A stretch of DNA of 64,000 nt, from the NCBI GenBank assembly GCA_964350985.1, contig CAYGLK010000002.1, positions 229,406 to 293,405 of the forward strand, written 5' to 3'. Numbering within the stretch: position 1 is the first letter of the stretch; each line of letters begins with the position of its first letter. Below are positions 49,136 to 58,116 of the stretch, piece after piece. A program made the position numbers and the translations under genes. The notes under the pieces were generated by a model. That model was not told where the DNA came from, made no database searches, and worked only from the letters and a program-made list of their open reading frames with translations. This DNA is from an uncultured Candidatus Saccharibacteria bacterium (lineage in GTDB: Bacteria > Patescibacteriota > Minisyncoccia > Phycocordibacterales > UBA918).

Positions 49136-49432
49136 ATGTTTAAACGTCGAGGAGAGAAGGGGGTGGTGGCTGTAAAAGACTTATTTGCAAAATATAAACT
49201 AACTCTTCAAGCTCCACAGAAAACTGTCGAGCTAGAGTCACTTAAAGTTATTGGTGAAATCACCTCAATCAAACTCACAGAAGATCAGGTGGAGTACACT
49301 GTTTCCTCAAGGACTCTTTTTATAAAAGCGCCAAGTTTAATAAAGCAGGAATTAAAAATAAAAAATAAGCTGATTTTGGAACAGTTAAAAAAAAGCCTTG
49401 GGGCTAAGAGTAGTCCCAAGACAATTTTGTAG
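49136..49432 (+). CDS. Small basic protein, possibly DciA/DUF721-like
   Basis: Coupled to dnaN; TLFIKAPSLIKQELKIK..ILEQL pattern. Confidence 0.5.
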   Translation: MFKRRGEKGVVAVKDLFAKYKLTLQAPQKTVELESLKVIGEITSIKLTEDQVEYTVSSRTLFIKAPSLIKQELKIKNKLILEQLKKSLGAKSSPKTIL

Positions 49433-49435
49433 TTT

Positions 49436-51649
49436 TTATTCCTCGTCTTCGTCTCTGTCCTCCTCTTCCTCCTGGGCTTCTTCTAGGATCTCTGCTATGC
49501 CGTAGGTGGCGTTTTTCCACTCTTGGACGGCATATTCCCAGTTGGCGTACTGACCATCACTGTTGGGGTTTACAGGGTCTGGACCAAGAGGGTTGCTCTT
49601 GTCTACATAATGAAGAATAGAGTGGGTGTTTTGGAAAACAGAAGGAAGGTTTATTAAGTCGTTGTTTTCAAGTAATTGCATTAAAGCTTGGGTATCTACA
49701 TATTCCCCGCGAAGAATTGGCTTTACGCCAACTCGATTTATAGTGGGTTGAGTAAATTTATCGTCTGGTAGTTTTGCTAGGGCAATATCCATAAATTCTC
49801 GCCACATAGGAGTTACTATAAGTCCAGATAAGCCACCACCCATTGGAGAGTTGTCGTTGTTACCTACCCAGGTACCAACAGCAATGTTTGGAGAGTACCC
49901 CATTAACCAAGCGTCTCGAAGGTTGTTGGTACTACCAGTTTTTGAAGCGACAGATTTTCCTGGAAAATTTACCAATGAGTTTGCCCCCCATAGTGGCGTT
50001 CTGGCAACGTTGTCTGACAAAATATCACTAATCATCAAAGCTGCGTTTTTATCCAAGACTTTTTTAGTTTCAACCTGGCTTTCCTCAATAATATTTCCTC
50101 GGTTGTCTTCGATCTTTAAGATGCTTCGTGGGGTAGCTCTCACTCCTTCGTTAGCAAATACACCATAGGCGTACGTCATATCCAGTAATTTTACTTCACC
50201 ACCACCTAGAACTAAAGTAAGTCCGTAGCGATCAGGGTCAGTAAGAGAAGTTATTCCCATATCAGAGGCTAGTTTAAGAGAATCTCTCATTCCAGCTAGG
50301 TACAAGGTTTTAACAGCGGGAATGTTGAGCGACTGAGCTAAGGCGTTACGTAAACTAATCGGACCAAGGAATTTATTGTTGTAGTTGTTTGGAGAGTAAC
50401 AAGGTGATTCAGAACTGTTGCTGGTCGCTGGACACTGAGGTGAGAATTGAGTCCTAACGTCAAAGACTACTGTGTCAGGTAGGTATCCTTTACTAAAAGC
50501 AGTAGCGTAAATAAAAGGTTTGATAGAAGATCCTGGTTGTCGTTCCGCTAGGGCAATGTTGAAATTCCCGTCAATTTCTTCACTAAAATAGTCACGAGAC
50601 CCAACCATAACTAGCAAGTCACCATTCCTAGGATCAACAGCAGTCATTCCAGCATTAGTAGCTTTGAAGCGGTCGACATTTGTTGCTCCTCTCTCAAATA
50701 AGATTCTCTCAGCTTCTTTTTGAAGCTCCCAGTCTAGTGTGGTAGTTACCTTCATTCCTCTTTCCATCAAGGCTTCTTCTCCATATTTCTCCGCTAAGTA
50801 TTCTCGGATGTACATGACAAAGTGAGGTGCTCGGATCCCTGTCACTGCTTGGGGTTCAAATTCAACCTCTTCTTCTTTAGCGGCATTATATTCTTCTTCA
50901 GTAATAAATTCTTTTGCTAGCATTCTATCTAGAACTAAAGCCTGTCTTTGGTTTAGAGAGTCACGGTTGTTTCCATAAGGGGAGTAGAAGGTTGGTAGCT
51001 GTGGTAGAGAGGCTAAATAAGCGGCTTCAGCTAAAGTTACTTCAGAAGCTTTTTTACCAAAGAATGATTGTGAAGCTTCTTCAACTCCGTAAATAGTTCC
51101 TCCGTACGGAGATTCGTTTAAGTAAATTGAAAGGATTTCATCTTTAGATAAAATTCTTTCAATCTTAATTGATAGGATCCATTCTTTTACTTTTCGAGTC
51201 AATGTCTTTTCTCTTTGTAGGATAGAGTTTTTGATCACTTGTTGCGTGATAGTAGAACCACCTTGTCCTCCAAGAAGATCTCCTTGTTGCAGGTTTGCTA
51301 AAACTGCTCGAACGATCGATAAGGGCTCAATACCGTGGTGGTTGTAAAACTGATCGTCTTCAATGGCGATGGTGGCGTTTTTTAAATGTCTAGAAATCTC
51401 TTCAAAAGGAACAATAGTTCGCCTGACATCCTGGTGTAGGTCATAAAGCATAATTTCTCCGGTACGATCATAAATTTTTGTGGACTGAAGAATTCTTCTT
51501 TCTTCAAAAGTAGACAAGTCAGGAATTTCTAAAGTTGAAACCCAAAACAAAACAATTGCAGACAGGACTAGTCCAGCAGCAATTACTACAATTGAAACGT
51601 CGATTAAGATGTCTTTTGAGTATTTTTTAAACCAGGATTTTTTAATCAT
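49436..51649 (-). CDS. Class A penicillin-binding protein (PBP1A family)
   Basis: AIEDDQF, GGSTITQQ, RKVKE, RQPGSSIKP, SLN, KTGS. Confidence 0.95.
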   Translation of the reverse strand: MIKKSWFKKYSKDILIDVSIVVIAAGLVLSAIVLFWVSTLEIPDLSTFEERRILQSTKIYDRTGEIMLYDLHQDVRRTIVPFEEISRHLKNATIAIEDDQFYNHHGIEPLSIVRAVLANLQQGDLLGGQGGSTITQQVIKNSILQREKTLTRKVKEWILSIKIERILSKDEILSIYLNESPYGGTIYGVEEASQSFFGKKASEVTLAEAAYLASLPQLPTFYSPYGNNRDSLNQRQALVLDRMLAKEFITEEEYNAAKEEEVEFEPQAVTGIRAPHFVMYIREYLAEKYGEEALMERGMKVTTTLDWELQKEAERILFERGATNVDRFKATNAGMTAVDPRNGDLLVMVGSRDYFSEEIDGNFNIALAERQPGSSIKPFIYATAFSKGYLPDTVVFDVRTQFSPQCPATSNSSESPCYSPNNYNNKFLGPISLRNALAQSLNIPAVKTLYLAGMRDSLKLASDMGITSLTDPDRYGLTLVLGGGEVKLLDMTYAYGVFANEGVRATPRSILKIEDNRGNIIEESQVETKKVLDKNAALMISDILSDNVARTPLWGANSLVNFPGKSVASKTGSTNNLRDAWLMGYSPNIAVGTWVGNNDNSPMGGGLSGLIVTPMWREFMDIALAKLPDDKFTQPTINRVGVKPILRGEYVDTQALMQLLENNDLINLPSVFQNTHSILHYVDKSNPLGPDPVNPNSDGQYANWEYAVQEWKNATYGIAEILEEAQEEEEDRDEDEE

Positions 51650-51723
51650 ATTGTGTTGTATATAGCCAATAGTACCATGACTTGTCTAGACAATTTAGAG
51701 CAGATTCATGGTAAAGTTATTTA

Positions 51724-52965
51724 ATGAAATTGTCTGAAGAGTTACAAACTAGAGGTTTTATTAACCAGGTTTCAGGGGACTCATTGTCAGTAGTCCTTGA
51801 TGCTGAAAAACGAGTTATTTATCACGGAATTGACCCAAGCGCTGATTCTGCTCATGCCGGAAACTTTGTCATTTGGATGTTGCTCAAGCACTTGGTTAAT
51901 GATGGGCATAGTCTGATTTTTCTAGTCGGAGGGGGCACTGGGATGATTGGGGACCCAAAACCAGACTCGGAGAGAGTTTTAAGTGAAAGAGACGAAGTTG
52001 ACTCTCGGGTGCAAAAAATAAAAACCCAGGCTCATAATTTTTTTGGTTCAGACAAAGTGACTTTTGTAGACAACTATGATTGGTTAGGGTCTTTAAACCT
52101 GATCACCTTCCTTAGAGATATTGGTAAAAAATTTACCATCAACGAACTAATAAAAAAAGACGCTATTTCCAAAAGACTAAATTCTGAAAATGGTATTTCT
52201 TATACAGAATTTGCTTACCCATTGTTACAAGCTTACGACTACCTGAAGCTCTATAAGGAAAACGGTGTCACTCTCCAGGTCGGAGGTTCAGACCAGTGGG
52301 GGAATGTTGTTTCTGGAGTGGATCTAGTAAGAAGGACAGAGCAACAAACTGTTTATGGACTGACAGTGCCTTTGATTATTGATAAAACTACAGGTAAGAA
52401 GTTTGGTAAAAGTGAAGGCAATGCAGTTTGGTTGGATGCGGAAAAAACTTCACCTTATGATTTCTACCAATTCTGGCTAAACTCTAGTGACGAAAGTGTG
52501 GTTGATTATTTGAAACTATTTACCTTCTTGCCACTTATAGAGATTGCTGCATTAGAAGAGGAAGTGAGAAATAATCCTCAAGAAAGAAAGGCGCAAAAAG
52601 TTTTAGCTAGTGAAGTGACTACTTTGGTACACGGAGCTGATTTGAGTAAAAAAATAGAACGAGTTACAGAATGTTTGTTTAGTGAAACTAATCTAACTAC
52701 GTTAAGTTCTGAAGACATTGCTTTACTCAAAGAAAACGCCCCATTAACAAATGTTACTGAAGGAAGTGAATTGGTAGACGTCCTAGTTTTGTCAGGACTA
52801 GCTTCAAGTAAACGAGAAGCAAGAACGTTTATCGAAAGTAGCGCTGTGTTGGTTGGAGGAAATAAAATTACCGAGGTCAATTTTCTCTTAACAAAATCTA
52901 CTCAAGGTGAATTAGTTCACCTTAAGCGCGGGAAGAAAAATATTGCTTTGGTCTTGCTTGATTAG
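51724..52965 (+). CDS. tyrS: Tyrosyl-tRNA synthetase
   Basis: GIDPSADSAHAGN, YPLLQAYD, QVGGSDQWGN, KFGKS, S4-like tail. Confidence 0.96.
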   Translation: MKLSEELQTRGFINQVSGDSLSVVLDAEKRVIYHGIDPSADSAHAGNFVIWMLLKHLVNDGHSLIFLVGGGTGMIGDPKPDSERVLSERDEVDSRVQKIKTQAHNFFGSDKVTFVDNYDWLGSLNLITFLRDIGKKFTINELIKKDAISKRLNSENGISYTEFAYPLLQAYDYLKLYKENGVTLQVGGSDQWGNVVSGVDLVRRTEQQTVYGLTVPLIIDKTTGKKFGKSEGNAVWLDAEKTSPYDFYQFWLNSSDESVVDYLKLFTFLPLIEIAALEEEVRNNPQERKAQKVLASEVTTLVHGADLSKKIERVTECLFSETNLTTLSSEDIALLKENAPLTNVTEGSELVDVLVLSGLASSKREARTFIESSAVLVGGNKITEVNFLLTKSTQGELVHLKRGKKNIALVLLD

Positions 52966-52978
52966 AGTAGTTAGTCTT

Positions 52979-53020
52979 AAATAAAAACAGCGCGGCCAAT
53001 GGCTGCGCTGTTTTTTATTT
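52979..53020. terminator. Bidirectional terminator, inverted near-copy of 6171-6211
   Basis: AAATAAAAACAGCGCGGCCAATGGCTGCGCTGTTTTTTATTT. Confidence 0.8.
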
Positions 53021-53030
53021 TGATTGTCTA

Positions 53031-53324
53031 CTACATCTCGTCGATATCATCGAAGGTGTCAAAATCAACATCCTCAGCATCTTCGTCCAAAGTCGCTTCT
53101 TCCTCGTCGTCATCTTCTTTTTCTTCCTCTTCATCTTTGTCGTCCTTCTCGTCTTCAGTAATCAAACCAAAACCTTCCAAGTCGTCGCTCGCGTCTTCTT
53201 CACCAACCTCATCTAATAAATCATCAGCTAAAGTAGCCTCTTCATCATCTGGGTTCTCTGATTCTTCCTCGTCTGATTTATTGAAAAATATCATACATTC
53301 TTTTATTACGATATGTTGTATCAA
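53031..53324 (-). CDS. Highly acidic low-complexity small protein
   Basis: More than half D/E; same strand as and downstream of ruvC; start uncertain. Confidence 0.7.
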   Translation of the reverse strand: MIQHIVIKECMIFFNKSDEEESENPDDEEATLADDLLDEVGEEDASDDLEGFGLITEDEKDDKDEEEEKEDDDEEEATLDEDAEDVDFDTFDDIDEM

Positions 53325-53367
53325 AGTTAAGGAAAAAATTCAAATTTTTTACCCCAAGGTCTATGGG

Positions 53368-53847
53368 TTAATACTTGATTCGGTTGTGGGCCAAACAGGT
53401 AACTCCCACAGCAATGGCATCGTATTCATCGTCTAAGGCATTTTCAGGTAGGTTTTTCAATAGTTTTTTTAACATTAGAATAACGGCGTTCTTATCACTC
53501 TTGCCGTAGCCCGTAACCGCAACTTTAATCTCTTGAGGTCCGTATTCATAAACGGCGCAACCAGCTTTCTTTGCCAGGTATAAGATGACCCCTCTGGCTT
53601 GAGCCACCAAAATAGCAGTTTTTACATTTTTATTAAAAAATAAAGTTTCAATTGCCACTGCATCAGGTTTATATTTTTGGAGCAAGTTATCAATCTCATT
53701 CCCGAGCAACATTATTCTTTCAGGAAATTCTTTCACCTTGCTAGTCTCAAAACAATTAGAATATAAAACAATCTCACCCTCAGGACCGTTTTCAACTAGG
53801 GCTATTCCTAAGCGATCGTAGCCGGGATCGATTGCAAGTACTCGCAT
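53368..53847 (-). CDS. ruvC: Holliday junction resolvase RuvC
   Basis: LAIDPG, AIETLFF, AQARGV, VTGYGKSDK, DDEYDAIA. Confidence 0.95.
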   Translation of the reverse strand: MRVLAIDPGYDRLGIALVENGPEGEIVLYSNCFETSKVKEFPERIMLLGNEIDNLLQKYKPDAVAIETLFFNKNVKTAILVAQARGVILYLAKKAGCAVYEYGPQEIKVAVTGYGKSDKNAVILMLKKLLKNLPENALDDEYDAIAVGVTCLAHNRIKY

Positions 53848-53849
53848 AG

Positions 53850-54398
53850 TTAGTTGGGGTCGCCCAAGCTATCAGCGCTAGTAAAAACCTCTTGAACATC
53901 AGCGTGGTTTTCAATTGCTTCAATTAGGTTAGCTAATTTTTCTCCGTCTTCGTCAGACAGCTCAAGCGGTGTCGTTGGTACATAGACACCATCTTTTTTT
54001 TCAAAAGCCCATGAAGCAGAACCAGGAGTAGCGATTTCAAAACCGCTTTTATGTAAGAGATGTTTGATCTCTGGAGCGGTACGGTTGTTATTGTCGGTAA
54101 TAGCAGTAATAAGTAATGCCGCTCCACCTGGACCATAGGCTTCAAAAAGAACCTCTTCTAGCTTAGTGGTATTACTTCCTTTACCTTTTTCAACAGCGCG
54201 ATCAATATTATCTTTCGGCATTGAGTCTTTTTTAGCTCGTTCAATAACTGCCGCCAGACTAGGGGAAGAGATGTCGCCATTAACTTTAATAGACTCTAAA
54301 GTAATTAACTGCGAGTATTTAGAAAAGACCTTACTTTTTTGTGAGTCAGCTGCCGCTTTTTTGTGTTTTATTTTTGACCACTTATTGTGTCCAGACAT
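53850..54398 (-). CDS. yebC: YebC/PmpR family protein (short form)
   Basis: MSGHNKWSKIKHKK, EAYGPGG, TDNNNRT. Confidence 0.93.
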   Translation of the reverse strand: MSGHNKWSKIKHKKAAADSQKSKVFSKYSQLITLESIKVNGDISSPSLAAVIERAKKDSMPKDNIDRAVEKGKGSNTTKLEEVLFEAYGPGGAALLITAITDNNNRTAPEIKHLLHKSGFEIATPGSASWAFEKKDGVYVPTTPLELSDEDGEKLANLIEAIENHADVQEVFTSADSLGDPN

Positions 54399-54406
54399 AA
54401 TATTAT

Positions 54407-55411
54407 TTAAACCCCGTCTTTGTATTGATCTAGGTGATTATTAGCTTCCGCATTAGTTACTCTACCTCGAGGAGTTCGCTCAAGTAAGCCGAGTCTAATT
54501 AGATAAGGTTCAAGTACGTCTTCAATAGTTGACTGCTCCTCTCCAGTTGCGGCAGCAATAGTATTTAGTCCAACCGGGCCGCCGCCAAACTTATAAATAA
54601 TAGATTCCAAAACCGCTCTATCTGGTTTTCCTAGACCGAGGTTATCTATCTCAAGTAATGAAAAGGTTTTATTGACCACATCTAATCCCATTTTTCCATT
54701 ATCTAACTGGGCCATATCTCGGCAGCGCTTCAGTAAGTAGTTAGCTGTACGAGGCGTAGCCCGACACCGCTTGGCGATGGCGAGCATAATGTCTTCCTGG
54801 TGTTCGATTTCAAGAATTTTAGCTGAGTGAGTTAGGATTTGAGCAATTTCTTCATCACTATAAAACTCTAACCTAAAAGTTCCTCCAGAAAAACGAGATC
54901 GGAGCGGTGCAGAAAGCATGGAGATTCTGGTAGTGGCCGCAACTAGGGTAAAAGGAGGGAGGTCTAGTTGTACGGTTCTGGCAGAAGGACCTTTGCCGAT
55001 GATAATATCCAAAACTCCAGACTCCATTGCTGGGTAAAGTACTTCCTCGATTGTTTTTGAAAGTCGGTGAATCTCATCAATAAAAAGAACATCTCCAGGA
55101 GAGAGGTTGGTTAGGATAGCGGCCAAGTCACCAATCTTTTCAATTGCCGGACCTGAGGTGCTACGCATATTTGTACCCAAGGTCTTAGCTATCAGGTGAG
55201 CTAGGGTCGTTTTTCCAAGTCCTGGAGGACCATAAAGTAGCACGTGTTCAGCAGCGTGTCCGCGCTCTTTGGCAGCAGTAAGTAAAATACGTAAATTCTC
55301 CTTAATTTTTGTTTGACCAATATAATCTTCCCAAGTTTGAGGGCGTAAAGTTTGGTCTAAATTACCGCTCAAATCACGAGCGATTGGTTTTTTTGTAGCA
55401 GCATTTTCCAT
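54407..55411 (-). CDS. ruvB: Holliday junction helicase RuvB
   Basis: [41 protein letters not shown]. Confidence 0.97.
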   Translation of the reverse strand: MENAATKKPIARDLSGNLDQTLRPQTWEDYIGQTKIKENLRILLTAAKERGHAAEHVLLYGPPGLGKTTLAHLIAKTLGTNMRSTSGPAIEKIGDLAAILTNLSPGDVLFIDEIHRLSKTIEEVLYPAMESGVLDIIIGKGPSARTVQLDLPPFTLVAATTRISMLSAPLRSRFSGGTFRLEFYSDEEIAQILTHSAKILEIEHQEDIMLAIAKRCRATPRTANYLLKRCRDMAQLDNGKMGLDVVNKTFSLLEIDNLGLGKPDRAVLESIIYKFGGGPVGLNTIAAATGEEQSTIEDVLEPYLIRLGLLERTPRGRVTNAEANNHLDQYKDGV

Positions 55412-55483
55412 TTGTTCATTCTAGCAAATTTATCAATAATTTACCTATGCGAGACAATAAAATACCAAGGAAAGGCCTAGGTG

Positions 55484-55512
55484 TTGACAAAAAAATATAT
55501 CTGTGCTAGTAT
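55484..55512 (+). promoter_or_regulatory. Strong sigma70 promoter with no downstream ORF
   Basis: TTGACA-17 bp-TAGTAT with extended TG. Confidence 0.75.
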
Positions 55513-55518
55513 AGCGAA

Positions 55519-55735
55519 GTAACTCGTTCTCCAGCGCCAATAAAACGGCGCGCCACTACTGATCTTAATATTCCAGAGGATAACTCTCTAAGCAACCTGA
55601 GCACGTTGCGAGGGTTTTGTGGCGTTCACCGTTGAGTGAGAGTGCGGCAAAATTCCTTAGCGCGGTGTTCACTTTCAATGCGGAAGCTTGCTTAGAGAGT
55701 TATATTCTGGAAGCGGATCTGTAAGGAACGATTTA
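55519..55735 (+). ncRNA. Unassigned long-hairpin ncRNA (6S-like candidate)
   Basis: TTCCAGAGGATAACTCTCTAAGCAA pairs with TTGCTTAGAGAGTTATATTCTGGAA; inner stems have plus-strand G-U pairs; promoter and terminator flank it. Confidence 0.6.
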
Positions 55736-55760
55736 TAATTTGACTATATCATACTAAAGT

Positions 55761-55791
55761 TAAAAACAAGCTTGACCCAAGCTTGTTTTTA
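55761..55791. terminator. Bidirectional terminator
   Basis: TAAAAACAAGCTTG-ACC-CAAGCTTGTTTTTA. Confidence 0.8.
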
Positions 55792-55816
55792 TATCTCAGA
55801 ACAATAGCGGCTTTAA

Positions 55817-57544
55817 CTAGACGATGTGTGACAAAAATAAATCCGCATCATCATCTTTTTTAACTTCTGGAGTATCTTTAAAATTTGGGATCTCGATCAT
55901 TCTTTCTAGTTCTGCCATGGAAGTATCTCCGTTTACTACTTTTTCAATTCCGTCTTCAAGCATGGTCGGGATACCCTGGTTTTCTGCTGCTTCCAAAATA
56001 ACGTGCTCTCTTGGGTCGCTGATGACTGCTTCTTCAACTGCCTGGTCCATTAGGATCGCTTCAAAGATTGCCGCCCGTCCTTTGTATCCAGTGTCACCAC
56101 ACTTCGGACAACCAACAGCTTTGTATAAATTTAACGGACTGGTAACTTGGATGTTCCCCGGGTGTTTTTTTAGTACTTCAGTAATAGTATGAAATTCTTC
56201 TGCGCTAGCTTCATAAGAAACCTTACACTCCTGACAAAGTTTTCTAACTAAGCGCTGCCCCAAGACAGCATTAACAGATGTTCCTAAAACTCGAGAATCT
56301 ACCCCAAGGTCAATCAAGCGAGCGAACGCCGCCGCCGCATTATTAGCGTGAAGAGTAGAGAATACTAAGTGTCCGGTTTGAGCAGCGTGAAGAGCGGTTG
56401 AAGCTACTTCACCATCACGGATTTCTCCGATGAGAATAATGTCAGGGTCTTGCCGGAGGATGGCTCTAAGTCCAGAAGAAAAAGTATAGTCCTCACTAGT
56501 TTGAGTTTGAACAATTCCTTCTATTTTATACTCAACTGGGTTTTCGATAGTGATTATCTTTACTCCTTCCTGGTGAGTGGCTCTGAGGAAAGCATAGAGC
56601 ACGGTAGTCTTACCTGAACCAGTTGGACCCGTAGTAAGAATCAAGCCGTTTGGTTTCTTCAATTCCTTTTCCATTATTGAAAGCAGAGTTGCGTTCATTT
56701 GAATTTTATCCAAAGTGTAACTAGCTACTCCAGAGTCCAAAAGACGCATTACCATTGATTCACCAGCCGCCCCGGGGATAATCGAAGATCGAACATCGAT
56801 CTCTTGTTCTCCGATTGTAAAAGTAAAACGACCATCCTGGGCTTCTTTTCTTTGATTCAATGTCATTCCCGAGAGTAGTTTTAAACGAGACATTAACCTT
56901 TCATAAATATAGTGATCAATATCAAAAACATCTTGAAGTACACCGTCTAAACGGTAACGAAGACGGACGACGTTTTTTTCTGGTTCGATGTGGATGTCAG
57001 AGGCTTTTAGTCTCAGAGCTCCGGCTAACATTAGTTCTAAGGTTTCGGTAATTCTCCTAGAGTTATTTAGAGTGCCAACTTTTTGCATTAGGGCACCAAC
57101 GTCGTCTTTTTTACTGATGCTTTTTGAGAAATTAGTGATTTCGTCCGCACTAATATCAAAAACACCAATTTTAGAACTGGTAGATTTTTCAATATCTGCA
57201 TAACGTTTCCAAGCGTGCTCTAGACTGGCAGAAGAGCACATGTAAACCTGTATTCCTTGTCGGTTATTTTGTAGTTCCTCAAGAGCTTGTTTAGTAGTTG
57301 GGCTGGTAGGGGTTTGTGCGGCTACTGAAAGGGAGTCGTGTTTAAAATCAAAAACCACTAATCTTGCTGCACGGGCTTTTTTTTCTGGATATAGTCCAAT
57401 GGCTTCTGGGTTAAGAGTGTAGCCTTTGAGATCGATATATTCAAAACCATACTGCGGAGCCAGTGTCATTACCAGTTTTTCTTCTTCACCACGACGGAGT
57501 TCGTCTAAGCGAGTGTTGGCAAATTTATCATTAAAATTAAGCAT
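55817..57544 (-). CDS. PilB/GspE-family type IV pilus assembly ATPase
   Basis: ASDIHIEP, QDGRF, GPTGSGKTT, LRQDPDIILIGEIRD, TGHLVFSTLH, two CxxC pairs. Confidence 0.93.
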   Translation of the reverse strand: MLNFNDKFANTRLDELRRGEEEKLVMTLAPQYGFEYIDLKGYTLNPEAIGLYPEKKARAARLVVFDFKHDSLSVAAQTPTSPTTKQALEELQNNRQGIQVYMCSSASLEHAWKRYADIEKSTSSKIGVFDISADEITNFSKSISKKDDVGALMQKVGTLNNSRRITETLELMLAGALRLKASDIHIEPEKNVVRLRYRLDGVLQDVFDIDHYIYERLMSRLKLLSGMTLNQRKEAQDGRFTFTIGEQEIDVRSSIIPGAAGESMVMRLLDSGVASYTLDKIQMNATLLSIMEKELKKPNGLILTTGPTGSGKTTVLYAFLRATHQEGVKIITIENPVEYKIEGIVQTQTSEDYTFSSGLRAILRQDPDIILIGEIRDGEVASTALHAAQTGHLVFSTLHANNAAAAFARLIDLGVDSRVLGTSVNAVLGQRLVRKLCQECKVSYEASAEEFHTITEVLKKHPGNIQVTSPLNLYKAVGCPKCGDTGYKGRAAIFEAILMDQAVEEAVISDPREHVILEAAENQGIPTMLEDGIEKVVNGDTSMAELERMIEIPNFKDTPEVKKDDDADLFLSHIV

Positions 57545-57623
57545 GCTTAAAAAATTATACCACGATGAATTTATTTTAAATCAAGAATGGTTTAATTTTT
57601 AATTAGTAGGTACAATAAAATAT

Positions 57624-58076
57624 ATGCCTGAAACCACGATCATTAAAGATTTAGTAGAACTCGGTGCTTTTGCTAAAAATCTCCTTACTTACTTAAGTGA
57701 AAATCAAGACAAATATCATGTTATTGCCCTCTCAGGAGACCTTGGCGCTGGCAAGACAGCTTTTGTGCAGCAGCTAGCAAAAGAATTGGGTATTGATGAA
57801 GTGGTCACTAGTCCGACATTTACGATCATGAAGCAATATCAAGTGCCGCAGCCAAATCAGTTTAAACAGCTGTTTCATATGGATGCTTATAGATTGGATT
57901 CATTAGACGAAGTCCGTCCACTAGGGATTAGTGAATTAATGAAATCTAAAACAAACTTACTTTGTATTGAATGGGCAGAAAAAATAGAGGAAGTATTGCC
58001 GGAGGGTACTATTTATTTAAGTTTTAAAATAAGTAATGAAGATAATAGAGAGGTGGTTTTAAAGCTAAAAACATAG
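57624..58076 (+). CDS. tsaE: tRNA t6A biosynthesis ATPase TsaE
   Basis: GDLGAGKT, VTSPTF, HMDAYRL, IEWAE. Confidence 0.95.
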   Translation: MPETTIIKDLVELGAFAKNLLTYLSENQDKYHVIALSGDLGAGKTAFVQQLAKELGIDEVVTSPTFTIMKQYQVPQPNQFKQLFHMDAYRLDSLDEVRPLGISELMKSKTNLLCIEWAEKIEEVLPEGTIYLSFKISNEDNREVVLKLKT

Positions 58077-58116
58077 ATTTTAGTCAGTTTAGAGAAAAAA
58101 CAGTATACTGAATAAA

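Noticed and set aside
52999-53436. Ser-rich 145-aa plus-strand ORF
   Set aside because: Antisense shadow of the acidic protein codons; starts inside a terminator
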